NCBI GenBank assembly: GCA_951406725.2
Contig: OX597822.1
Coordinates: forward strand, 47,368,001 to 47,432,000
Reading direction: 5' to 3'
Source: Octopus vulgaris
Lineage: Eukaryota
Length of the DNA: 64,000 nt
Part shown: piece after piece, positions 1 through 11,508 of the stretch
How the letters are laid out: every line of letters begins with the position of its first letter
How positions within the stretch are numbered: the first letter of the stretch is position 1
Notes under the pieces: generated by a model
What the model was told of the DNA's origin: nothing
Seen by the model: only the letters and a program-made list of their open reading frames with translations
The model's database searches: none
Made by a program: the position numbers and the translations under genes

Positions 1-492
1 GTTCTTTCTTAGTACTCATATCTTACTTCGACGCCAACTTCTTTGACCAACTTAGTTTATTATTGTGATTATTTGACTTCGTTTTTCCCCTGATTTTCTT
101 TTTACTTTACTGCATTTATCTACTGTTTCTTCCTCTGAATTTGTGCTGTTCTGTAATCATTGCTCCCTTAAAGTAAATCATAAATGGCAACATGCTGAGT
201 ACATCTGTTGCCTGTGGATATATAGGGAGTCAGCCACCTCTCAGTAGTAGTCCTGATGTCTTCAACTGTGCCTTTTTATGTATGTACACACACGCATATA
301 TGTTTATTTATATATATTTGTATATGTATATTTATATGTGAGTTACTATTGATGCAATATCTGTTACATAACTAACAAGTTTATGGAACAGCTGTAAACG
401 AATGGAACAAACATTTACCCTCTCACCTCACTTCTTATCTCTTCTTATATACACATATATACGTACACACACACACACACATTGGTACTCAC

Positions 493-557
493 CAACGCTG
501 ACTTGATGAAAGTATTGTGAAATGACGAGCTTTACTCAAGGTCAAAACTCGTTGCAT
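493..557 (-). CDS. Candidate first coding exon of an unidentified gene running off the left edge (MQRVLTLSKARHFTILSSSQR, resembles a mitochondrial presequence)
   Basis: Minus strand reads ag|GTCATG (acceptor AG at 561-562 or 581-582), ATG at 557, then a strong donor TG|GTGAGT at 492. The peptide is Arg/Lys/Ser-rich with no acidic residues. No convincing next exon was found in the window. Confidence 0.3.
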
Positions 558-660
558 GACCTTAAAGTTAAATTCATGACCTAATGATTATAAGTAGAAC
601 AGTCTAACCACACAGCTATATACATGTGTGTCTGTGTGTGTGAGTATACATATATTTATA

Positions 661-903
661 TGTATAAGCTAAATAAAATGAAATAACAAAGCCAAGGACA
701 TTTATAGGAGATTTACAAAGAGAAAAGTTGTCTTACAGCTGTTTCAGAGATATAAAGGATATCCCATCATCAGAGATGATATGAGAGAGTTAAGTAGAAG
801 GAAATAGTAGAGTTCAATATATCCTTGAAACAGCTGTATATAAATGTCCTAGAAATTTTACACTGCCTTGGTTTTGTTGTCTCATTTTATATAGCATATA
901 CAC
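661..903. repeat. Degenerate fold-back element containing a hammerhead-like motif
   Basis: tgtataagctaaataaaatgaaataacaaagccaagg (661-697) is an imperfect reverse complement of ccttggttttgttgtctcattttatatagcatataca (866-902). An inner acagctgtttca/tgaaacagctgt pair is also present. Confidence 0.6.
731..776 (-). ncRNA. Minimal hammerhead ribozyme-like motif (Penelope-type)
   Basis: Minus strand: TCT-CTGATGA-T-GGGATAT-ccttt-ATATCTC-T-GAAAC-AGCT-GTA-AGA. Canonical core, helix II, palindromic helix III loop and GUA triplet. Confidence 0.55.
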
Positions 904-3612
904 GCTTCAACGCCAAACACGATGCGTGCTCTAAGGATGGAAGGTGTTGGAGTCGCGAGAGAGGCCCGGGTGGCGGAGGCGCAGCAGGGCAACAAAGCCA
1001 CCATTGGGTCTCTGGTAGACGAACAAGGGCGCGAATTGCTCGATCCCAGCAAGATGTACGAGGCATTTCAGCGGCACTTTGCCCGACTGTACGGGACGAG
1101 TGGCGAGCGTGAACGTGGACTTCAGTGCCTACCTGCACAGCCTGCCACAAATCTTGGCAAGAGAGGCAGAGTGCTGCGAAGGTGCCATCACGGCGGCGGA
1201 TGTGCTGGACGCAATGGCAGAATGCTCGAGAGACAAATCGCCGGGTTTGGATGGTCTGCCCTCCGAGTTTTACAATTGTATGCCAGACTTGTTTGGAGAC
1301 GTCTTGGCAGCGGTATACTGCAACTGGCAGCAAAACGGTAGCATACCCGGTTTTGTGAGTCGAGGAGCCGTGACGCTGCTGAAGAAAGATCCAAACAAGG
1401 GGGACATTATAGACAACTTTAGGCCCATCACTCTGCTCAATGCAGACCTGAAAATTTTGACAAAGGTGTTAGCCAAGAGGTTGGCGCTTGTCATCGAGAA
1501 ACTGGTCGACAAGGCGCAAACGTGTGCCGTGCCGGGCCGGAGCATCCATGACAACCTCCATCTGATGCGCTACATCATAGACAGAGTAGTTAAGGAACCT
1601 GGCATGGGTGGGGCCCTGATCAATTTGGATCAATCGAAAGCTTTCGATAGGGTAGACCATCGATACTTTGAGGCAGTCCTGAGAGCGGCTGGTTTCGGTC
1701 CCGTCTTCCGCGGCTGGATAGCTGCCTTGTACAGAGGTATCCGTTCGGTAATTCGCGTAAATGGACATCTATCGAGACCTTTCGACATTGCACGTTCGGT
1801 CCGTCAGGGATGCCCCCTCTCGTCACTTCTATACGTATTGACTCTCGAGCCACTACTGCGGAAGCTGGCGATTCTGAGGGGCATCCCGCGAGAATTGGGA
1901 TGCGGGACGAGCGTGTCTGCATACGTGGACGACGTCACCGTTATAGTGTCAAGCCACGAGCACATCGAACTGGTCGGCGAGACACTGAAAGACTACGAAG
2001 CGGTGACAGGAGCGAAAATCAACCGGGAAAAGTCAGTGGGCTTGCGGCTCGGCACCTGGAGAAGCAAGCCCATGCCGTCCACCAGCATCTCCGTCGTGGG
2101 ACGCTGGACGGACGGCCCGATTGAGTTGCTCGGAGTCTGGTTCGGTCCGGAGAAGAACTGGAACGAGATAACGAGTAGAGTGGTCACTCTCGCTCGGCAA
2201 TGGGCTGAGAGGAAACTGTCCCTAAAAGGTCGGGCGGAGGTGGCGAACACGTACATCGCGTCCATCATCTACTACCGCCTGACCGTTGTACCTTGTCCCG
2301 ACCCTACCATCACCAAACTAGAACGCATTCTCTTTCGCTTCTTGTGGAAAGGATGCGTCCCGATGGTCAGGCGATCCATTTGCTGTCAACACCCGTTAAA
2401 AGGAGGGCTGGGCATGCCGTGGTTGATGATGCGCAGACACGCGCTGACACTGCGACATCTCCGGCTCTACGTAGACGACAGTGAACAGGTGTGGTCGCCG
2501 TTTGTGAGGCACGCTTTCCCGCAACTCGTCTCCATGACAGAACTGCAGTCGTGGATCAAAAAGAGGCCGAGGAAGGGCGAATGGCACCGCGAGTGTCGCG
2601 TTGCTCTCAAGCAACTATGCCGTCCCGGGTTGACCTTGAATGACTTCAACACAACCCAAGGATTCTATAGGGGATTAGTGGAGGGGAGGTACGACGACGA
2701 TCTTAGGGCGAACCTGGACGTCGACGAGGAATACCTGACCCGCCTGTTTGAGACGACTTTCGGGCCGGGACCTATGGACAACTTCCAGAGATCCCTGGCC
2801 TGGCAGTGCTACCGAGAAGCGCTACCCGTTCGGGATAAGCTCTATAGGCATGACTCGAGAAATACGGGGCCGACCTGCCCGAGGTGCGGGCAGAGCGACG
2901 AAACAGTTCTGCACGCAATCGTGCAGTGTCCAACAATCTCCGACCTGTGGGCTTATGTCGAACGACTGCTGTCATGTGTGGGACGTGTCGGTTTATCAGC
3001 CGAGTCTATCGTTAATATCGTTACACCTTCTCCCTTCAAACGGGAAGGAAGAGCTATTTTTATCATACTTGTGGCTATGACGCGCCTGAAAGGATTAGAG
3101 ACAAACACTTTCCTCTCTGGTCAAACTCTCATCAACTTCTTCAAGTATCACTTCAAGAGGAAAGTGAGAATAGAGAGGCAAGTTTTGTCTAGTGAATGTT
3201 TTAAAAAGAGATGGGTGAATGTAGCAAGGATGGCACGTATGAATGACGAAGCCACCTTGACTATGATCCTATGATGCGTAAAAATTAATACAGAGAGTTG
3301 CCTATCTGTAAAAAAAAATATAACATGTGACTTCATTGACCGAGGTTACCTTGGTCTTTTCCGTAGGCTTTTCTTTCCACGGGTAAACCTCACCTGTCCT
3401 CCTCTTTACACTTTATATTGACATTGATAACGATCCCTATTAATCGATTTTTTCTTTTCCTCTTAATTTTATCCCCCTCCCTTTTTTGCTTTCCTCTTTC
3501 TTTCCTTTTACGATCCCTTTCGATCGAAAGCCAACCCCCTTTCTTTATCCCCCAAAAGAAAAGCTCTACCTTGTAATTTGTCCCGTCTGTGTGGCTAATA
3601 AAGAAACAAGAA

Positions 3613-3614
<2 letters not shown>
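904..3614 (+). mobile_element. 5'-truncated non-LTR retrotransposon, L1/Tx1 clade
   Basis: GC-rich island carrying the RT ORF, a T-rich 3' UTR, and an end aataaagaaacaagaaac directly followed by (TA)n. No endonuclease domain is present. Confidence 0.9.
1079..3274 (+). CDS. LINE ORF2 fragment: reverse transcriptase plus C-terminal Cys/His zinc-binding domain
   Basis: Motifs KSPGLDG, FRPITLLNADLKIL, LDQSKAFDRVDH, VRQGCPLS, YVDD and CPRC..ETVLHAIVQC. The upstream linker (ORF 922-1341, ..YEAFQRHFARLY..) is in another frame, implying a frameshift near 1100. Confidence 0.88.
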   Translation: MPDCTGRVASVNVDFSAYLHSLPQILAREAECCEGAITAADVLDAMAECSRDKSPGLDGLPSEFYNCMPDLFGDVLAAVYCNWQQNGSIPGFVSRGAVTLLKKDPNKGDIIDNFRPITLLNADLKILTKVLAKRLALVIEKLVDKAQTCAVPGRSIHDNLHLMRYIIDRVVKEPGMGGALINLDQSKAFDRVDHRYFEAVLRAAGFGPVFRGWIAALYRGIRSVIRVNGHLSRPFDIARSVRQGCPLSSLLYVLTLEPLLRKLAILRGIPRELGCGTSVSAYVDDVTVIVSSHEHIELVGETLKDYEAVTGAKINREKSVGLRLGTWRSKPMPSTSISVVGRWTDGPIELLGVWFGPEKNWNEITSRVVTLARQWAERKLSLKGRAEVANTYIASIIYYRLTVVPCPDPTITKLERILFRFLWKGCVPMVRRSICCQHPLKGGLGMPWLMMRRHALTLRHLRLYVDDSEQVWSPFVRHAFPQLVSMTELQSWIKKRPRKGEWHRECRVALKQLCRPGLTLNDFNTTQGFYRGLVEGRYDDDLRANLDVDEEYLTRLFETTFGPGPMDNFQRSLAWQCYREALPVRDKLYRHDSRNTGPTCPRCGQSDETVLHAIVQCPTISDLWAYVERLLSCVGRVGLSAESIVNIVTPSPFKREGRAIFIILVAMTRLKGLETNTFLSGQTLINFFKYHFKRKVRIERQVLSSECFKKRWVNVARMARMNDEATLTMIL

Positions 3615-3615
<1 letters not shown>

Positions 3616-3681
<66 letters not shown>

Positions 3682-3743
3682 CATACATACATACGTGTAT
3701 GTGTGTCTTTATCTTTATCTCTCATACTCTGTGTCTATCTACA

Positions 3744-3775
<32 letters not shown>

Positions 3776-3825
3776 GCGTAAAATATATACAAAAAACACA
3801 ATGTGTATATACATACATATATATG

Positions 3826-3870
<45 letters not shown>
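3616..3870. repeat. Compound (TA)n/(TG)n microsatellite. Similar tracts lie at about 4275-4460, 4885-5200, 5453-5650, 6830-7090, 13490-13620, 33320-33800 and 40900-41460
   Basis: Directly visible dinucleotide runs. Confidence 0.95.
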
Positions 3871-4039
3871 ATATGAGTACGTTTCTCGTCTTGTAAGGCC
3901 AAACATTTTTCAACAACAACAACAGTAATATTGTAAATACACTAACACACATACACATACAATAATTACATAAAACCGAGTTAACTTCTCTCCTTGAAGG
4001 ACCTTCTCGCCGATTGCCCTTGGCGAAAAGTACACTGAC

Positions 4040-4150
4040 CTTGTAGTGACAACATCTGAAATGATAGAAGAGCAGCGAGAGTAACTTCCGTTTTGTTAAC
4101 ATATATCTTTATTATTTCTCTTATTTTAGTTTAGTCTGGGATGACGCAGT
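4040..4150 (-). promoter_or_regulatory. Candidate promoter and non-coding first exon of the left-edge gene
   Basis: CpG-containing unique sequence with an ETS-type ACGGAAGT (minus, 4084-4091), a CRE-like ATGACGCA (4141-4148) and a donor-like AAG|GTCAGT at 4039. Confidence 0.25.
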
Positions 4151-4272
4151 GACATCGTCACTTAGTGGTGGTAGTGAGAGGAACAGGTGTGTGTGAGAGA
4201 GAGAGAGACAGAGAGAGAGAGAGAGAAGTGATATTAGTGGTAATATAGAAAGCGGAGGAGCAAGTAGCTATG

Positions 4273-4314
<42 letters not shown>

Positions 4315-4412
4315 TGTGTGTGTGTGTGTTTGTGTGTGTATACATATGTGCGTGCCAGATACGCATGTTTGCTTGTACATCTGGTTGGACGTGCGTACAT
4401 GCATTGCGCGTT

Positions 4413-4461
<49 letters not shown>

Positions 4462-4880
4462 TGTTACAGACATACACATATATGTATAGTGAAAGAGGTT
4501 TGTGCGTGTATATGTGTGTGAATAATTGAAATGAGAAATAGGAAAAACGTTTGTGTGTGTGCGTGTGTGAGAGAGAGAGAGAGAGAGAGAAAGAAAGAGA
4601 GAGAGAGAGAGAGACAGAGTAGTTGTAGAAATGAAGCCAGATGTTAATATTTGTATATGTATTTATATGTACGTAGTTGTATGTGAGTAATGGTGTGTGT
4701 GTGTGTGTGCGTGCGTGCGGTTGTGAGTATGTATGAATTGTTGGGATAATAGATATAGATATGATAGGACCAGATAAACTGTAAATAGAAAAAGGGAGAT
4801 AAGAAGGAAATTGGAGGGAAAAATAGAGTGATGGATGAAACCGAAGAATATAACCAAATACCAGTTGTAGAAACAGTGAT

Positions 4881-4934
<54 letters not shown>

Positions 4935-5022
4935 TTCATAGAGACAATGAAAAAGATAACGAAATATGGAAAGATTAGAGAAAGGAACGTGTGTATATAT
5001 GTATATATATATATGTTATATG

Positions 5023-5089
<67 letters not shown>

Positions 5090-5112
5090 ATATATATATG
5101 TATGTATGTATG

Positions 5113-5206
<94 letters not shown>

Positions 5207-5207
5207 A

Positions 5208-5446
5208 AGCGTGGAAGGTGTTTATAAGCCATTTAAGAAACACACAAAAGCCGTTCGATTCACTTCAACATTTAAGTTTAATTTGTCAAAATATTTTCGT
5301 CGCTAAAATCCGCGACCTGTTCACTGACAAAAATCCGTGCTGCATCTCTGACAAATTAAACTTGCTGACAAATTAAACTTTAATGTTGAAGTGAATCGAA
5401 CGGCTTTTGTGTGTTTCTTAAATGGCTTATAAACACCTTCCACGCT
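5208..5446. repeat. Near-perfect fold-back element (81-bp arms) between (TA)n tracts
   Basis: 5208-5288 and 5366-5446 are reverse complements with one visible mismatch. (TA)n tracts flank both sides. Confidence 0.9.
5282..5331 (-). ncRNA. Hammerhead-like motif with G3-C8 swapped core
   Basis: TTTGTCA-GTGAACA-G-GTCGC-ggatttta-GCGAC-GAA-AATATT-T-TGACAAA: 7-bp helix I, 5-bp helix II, palindromic helix III. Confidence 0.45.
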
Positions 5447-5449
5447 GTA

Positions 5450-5589
<140 letters not shown>

Positions 5590-5598
5590 ATATGTATG

Positions 5599-5654
<56 letters not shown>

Positions 5655-5905
5655 GTGATAGAAGGTAGGAATTTAGGAAATGTGGACGAACACCTCAGCA
5701 ATCCATGCTGCGAAATTCTGGTTAGCTTAATGTATAGAGAGGAAAATCAGAATTCGCATTCACTTAATCAGTGAGGTGTTCTATACAAACTGTAAAACCG
5801 AGGAAATTTAACAATTATGTGTTTTGTGCATACATTGTAAACAAATGGTGCATACATAGTAAACAAATGAAGGAATGGAAATATAGGTGGTACATATCTT
5901 CTTGA

Positions 5906-5955
5906 AATGGTTACGATCGTTTCAATAGTTAGTGGAACTATTTCGTCAATTCATA
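5906..5955 (-). ncRNA. Degenerate minimal hammerhead-like motif
   Basis: TTGACGA-AATAGTT-ccact-AACTATT-GAAAC-GATC-GTA-ACCAT. Helix II is perfect and loop III palindromic, but C3 is T and helix I is eroded. Confidence 0.45.
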
Positions 5956-6974
5956 CGTTGATTTATACATATAAAAAAAAAAACCTATGACCATCCATAC
6001 AATAATCAATGGGGTTACTATTAATCATCTCTTCGAATCCTTTAATGTAGTAATACTGAAGCATATATTGAGCAATTTTCAGTGAATATAGTGGCAGGGT
6101 TCAGAATATCAGAGTAATAAATTAAACAGCAAGATTTCACTCCAAGGTGGAGATAGTCGAGTAGAAGGATAATGAAAGTAAGGGATATAATTTTCTTTTG
6201 ATCTCGTACAAATCAGACTGTATCATAGACTCTGAGATGTCAAGGGTTTGTTAGATTAATTAACGTGTATATTGGTGGAGAGAAAGAAATTTTAAAGATA
6301 AGACCAGGGACTTCAAAGAGGCAGAAGTATACTGCTACATCTTGAAAGGTGTCAATAAAGGGAGGAATAGTTGAAAAAAAGAAGAAATCATCAATATTGA
6401 GATCAAACTGGAAAAGAACTAAAATAACAAGTAAACGGAGATTTAGTGTAGAGGCAAAGAATAAATTCGTGCATCACCTCAGTACTCAAGTGTAGATAAA
6501 TAATTGGTAATCTTAAATTAATTTAAAACTAACATTACATTAAAATTTAATTAGATACATCAGTTAAGAAATAAAAAAAATTGCTTGGTTACATAAGACG
6601 AAAATCGAGTGGGAGGTGAGACAATTAAAATCGTAAGAATGCTACAATTAATACTATTTGAATCAAGTTTGCTAAATTGAAGTTTTCAGTGAAATTTTAA
6701 AGAAAGTGTTAAAAAATAAGTCGGAGCAACAGATCAATAATTCATTATACTTATTAATTAAATCAGACATACAATTGAGAATTTCTCACGCCCCTACCGA
6801 GCACATATCACAACTGTGACTTCCTTCATATATATATGTATATATATATAAATACATACATGCATATATATATGTATGTATTTATGTATGTATGTATGCG
6901 TATATATATGTATATATGTGTGTGTGTATATATATGTATGTATACATATATATATGTATGCATATATATATATG

Positions 6975-7405
<431 letters not shown>

Positions 7406-7740
7406 GTGCGTGTGGGCGTGAGCATATAGAAAGTGCAGGATTAAACCCGCAATTTTAGAACTAAGTCGCCTTCCTTTTTCGTTGTGTATTTATGAATCGG
7501 CATCACTTTGTGGATCTCTTCCTGTTTGTAGCAAGCACAATATATATATTTCGTTAAGTGGGGAATCTGAGAAAGGTAAACTAGTCTCAATATATTCACT
7601 ATTTCATCATGGTAAAGTCCTTCCGCCTTGAACGCCTGTAGGTTAACCCCGATGATATATATATATTTGCTGTTCAGCTGTGGATACACTGGTAGAAAAT
7701 GTTTCAAAACTTTATTGCAACGTTACCAGTCGAAGGACAA

Positions 7741-8127
7741 ATGGAATGGAAGCACTCCGTCAGTTACGACGACGAGGGTTCCGGTTGATCCGATCAACGG
7801 AACAGACTGCTCGTGAAATTAACGTGTAAGTGGTTGAGCACTCCACAGACACGTGTACCCTTAACATAGTTCTCGGGAATATTCAGCGTGACACAGAGAG
7901 TGACAAGGCCGGCCCTTTGAAATACAGGTACAACAGAAACAGGAAGTAAGAGCGAGAGAAAGTTGTGGTGAAAGAGTACAGCAGGGATCACCACCATCCC
8001 TGCTGGAGCCTCGTGGAGCTTTAGGTGTTTTCGCTCAATAAACACTCACAACGCCCGGTCTGGGAATCGAAACCGCGATCCTACGACCGCGAGTCCGTTG
8101 CCCTAACCACTGGGCCATTGCGCCTCC
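7741..8127 (-). mobile_element. Full-length tRNA-derived SINE with target-site duplication
   Basis: A box TGGCCCAGTGG, B box GGTTTCGATTCCC, (TTCCA)n tail. TSD agtcgaaggacaa at 7728-7740 and 8128-8140. Confidence 0.9.
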
Positions 8128-8149
8128 AGTCGAAGGACAAGATATAAAC

Positions 8150-10510
8150 AAATTGGTCTCCTACTCAATGATGTATCGCCAAAAGCATTTAAATATATTG
8201 CTGGTGTGTCTACGTTTGGTGCCGCTGTTAATGTTCTGCATGCTATACACATCTAACTAAAGAATGAAGTATGTGCGTGTCACGTTTGACAAAAGTTTAT
8301 TGAATCACTTGACAAATATTTACGGACATTAAAACTTTAAGCAACCTGAATTGTAAAGCAGTAACTACTGAGTAAAATAGGAATGACTGTATAAGGGACC
8401 CCTTTATTAATGACCTTTTCTCATCGCAGATAAGGCAACGGTTACTTGGAAAGAAACCCTAGGTCTGAAGACTGCCTATGAGAAAGAAGACACTCTGGAA
8501 ATGGCTACCCTCCCCACAACTTCTTTTGCACGATATCTCTCAATTAATGCAGCTATGGTTGATCCTTCAAAGGCTCAGTGGGAAAATAACACTCATACGC
8601 TTCCAGAACACTCTTTAAGTGTTTCTTCTGCGGATTAAAGAAACATCCTCGATCAAAATGCTCCGCCATGGAGGCGCTATGAAATATTTGAGCTAAGAAG
8701 GAACATTACTCCAAGCTATAGCAATCTCCGCAATTTTCATCTTCAGCGGTGCCTATAAAATCTACTGAGAACCAAAAGCAGGGCATTGTCCACTCTGCTG
8801 TAAAAGCTATTGATCCTGCTGCGCCGCAGGTCGTTGAGAAAGATGATTGGGGTCCTGCTATTACTGCCATCCTATGTCAATCAGGATGTCCAGTGGCTTT
8901 TTGTTCAAAAACACTTTCAGCCTGAATTAGAAATATAAAATTTCTAAATATCTCAGAGAGATATAAGCGGTGGTGGAACGATAGAGCGGTTGTATACTGT
9001 GACAGTTCCATAAAGGGAATCACACCACCGCTATTTAGCCCTAGGAAGCATCGACGCTTCCTGTCGGCTTTGACACATTTCCTGTGTCCTTATATGTGCG
9101 AAGGGGAGACAAGCACCCCCAACAGCTAGGCCAGCATCTACAGATATGCATGTTTCTGATTCTTACTCGTCCTCAGTCTAGAGTAGCATGGCCTGCTAGT
9201 TGAAGATGCTTGTAAAGCCATCGCAAATATATATATTTTCAGCTTGTCAGCCGATATATTCTTCAGTGGAAAGAGACGTCTACGTTGTTGTAGAATCTTT
9301 AAAGCAGTGGAGACACCATTTATTCAGCTGCCGATTCCAGTTGGTGATAGATCAGAAATCAGTTGCCTTCATATTTGATAATAGACATAGCAGTAAAACA
9401 AAGAATGAGAAGATAAACTCCCATGTTTTCAATATGGCATTATTTATAAAGCCAAGGAAGCTCAATTACACCTGCTAACACTCTGTCCTGGATTTGTGCT
9501 GCAATGTTGGATATGGATGTACTTCATAGACTCCAAAAGGACTTGTGCGATTCTGGCATCACACGGCTGCTTCGTTTTGTACGTGCCAGATATCTTCTGT
9601 AAAGGAAATCAAAAGAATGAGTTTTACATGTTCTGTTTGTGTTGAGATAATGCCGAGGCTTTATAATCCGATATTCGTTCATATGATAAAAATACTCAGG
9701 ACTTTGAGAGACTAGGACTTTAATTTAAGGGATCCCATACCCCATCTACAAAAAAAAAAGATACCCCCACCGCCAAAAAGTCGATATATGCTGCTATCGT
9801 GAATGAATTCTCGGGTTTCACTTTTACTTTACCATGTGCTGAAATGGCCAACGAAACTTGTAAAGCGCTTATCAAAAGTCTTCTCCATTTTTGGAATGCC
9901 ATCATATAGCCATTCTGATCGTCGTACATCTTTCATGTTGAAGGATTTACAACAATTCTTGGAACAGTAAATAATAACTTCTAACAGAACAACTCCTTAT
10001 AATCCAAAGAGAATGGACAAACAGAATGATATAACGGAATAATTTGGAGAACAATATATCACTGGTCCTGAAATCGTGGTATTTGAAACTCTCTGAATCG
10101 GAACTAATTCTTTTAGATTCACTCCGGTTAATCCGTTCTCTAATCCCGACTTCAACATTTGGACCCTACATAATCGTTCTTTTTGTTTGTCAGTGTAAAT
10201 CTTCGAGCGGGCTGTCCATTCATCTATTCGTTACTGTCTCCTCTGCGTAACAAGGTGTTCCTGAAGTGTCATAACCGCCAATATAAATACGATCCGTTGG
10301 TAGAAGTAGATCTTCTGGATAATGAATCCTCACTTTGCCGTCATCAGATTCTCTGATAGTAAAGAGCTTACTGTATCGTTAAGACACCTAGCTGCTTGTG
10401 CTGATTGCCTCTCCCTAGTATTGTACTTAAACCAGCAGTATTCGAGCGCCCTTAACAAAAAATGCTTCTGAGTACGCCTGAACTCGATTCTTCTACATCT
10501 ATGAATCCTT
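8150..10510 (+). mobile_element. Decayed Ty3/Gypsy LTR-retrotransposon pol (RNase H, integrase)
   Basis: PVAFCSKTLS|ACQPIYSSVERDVYVVVESLKQWRHHL..FQLVIDQKSV (RNase H-like) and GMPSYSHSDR, RTTPYNPK (integrase), with many stops and frameshifts. Boundaries are approximate. Confidence 0.8.
8922..9236. mobile_element. 315-bp structured insertion in the Gypsy RNase H, with a fossil hammerhead-like motif
   Basis: TSD tttcagc (8915-8921 / 9237-9243). Minus strand about 9137-9182 reads TCTAGA-CTGAGGA-cgagtaagaatca-GAAAC-ATGCAT-ATC-TGTAGA. Confidence 0.6.
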
Positions 10511-10515
10511 TCAAT

Positions 10516-10778
10516 CAGTGATTCTCAACCAGGACCCAAATGGCCCTTGGGGGTTCATACAAGATTTTGCTGTTAATATTTATTAGCAATAAATTGGTTA
10601 TATTTGTACAATATATAAATTTTTTAAACAATTTTTAAAAATACATTTCCTAATAATATTTAATTATGAAAATACGATAGGATTTTAAAAAAATATCGAA
10701 TGACTTTGGGGGTCCATCTGAGTAAAATAAGAATAAAAAGGGTCCATAGATAAAAAAAAAAACGGTTGAGAATCACAG
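10516..10778. mobile_element. hAT (Charlie-like) MITE
   Basis: TIRs CAGTGATTCTCAACC / GGTTGAGAATCACAG and an 8-bp TSD ctttcaat/ctttaaat. Confidence 0.8.
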
Positions 10779-11394
10779 CTTTAAATGGTTCTCATGAATT
10801 AGATCATCAGAGGCGCCAAATGGGTTGATGGACTCTTCCTTTTGGTTCGTTGTTATTGGGATTGGTGGTGATGGTAGTAGTGGTGGTGGTGGTGGTGAAA
10901 GTGGCATTGGTGATATTGATGATGATGGTAGCAGTGGTGTTTGTAATTTAACCCTTGTCAGATCTTATCCAGCAGATCTATATGACCAAACGCATTCCAG
11001 CCAAGACAATCCTATCTTTTACTGAAGCACTGCTTGCCTAGAATTATGTTTTCCAGTGTTTTTCATTTCTTAAAACGGTTAGGTGTGGTTTCAGAGAGAC
11101 TTAACTGCTATTTCTTGTAGGTCTAGCGACCACGTTGAGGTTCCCCAGTCGGGTTGTCGACTTTAATGGAACTGTGCAGCGGAGAAGAGTATAGTGGTGT
11201 GTCAGTATAGTAGTGCAGCGGTATGTTCCGTAGTAGCGTGCATACTGCAGAGGAGTGCACAGTTTTATTACGTAACAGATTGCAGCTATTTATAGCTCAA
11301 GAGTGAAAGTGAAAGTAGCGAAAGAGGAGGAGGAAGAGAGAGAAACAATAAATGAAGTCACTGCTGATAGAAAATAGATGACGTCAGTAAAATA

Positions 11395-11442
11395 GAGTAG
11401 TAGTAATAGTTGTAGCAGCAGCAGTTGTTGTAGTCGTCTTCG

Positions 11443-11508
<66 letters not shown>

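Noticed and set aside
27-211. Next coding exon of the left-edge gene (ccacag| acceptor at 212-213)
   Set aside because: Stops occur in all three frames shortly after the acceptor.
887-3080. Overlapping and antisense ORFs within the LINE
   Set aside because: Shadow frames of GC-rich RT sequence. Only 922-1110 is meaningful, as frameshifted ORF2 linker.
8050-8127. tRNA gene
   Set aside because: The tRNA-like head continues into a SINE body bounded by a TSD.
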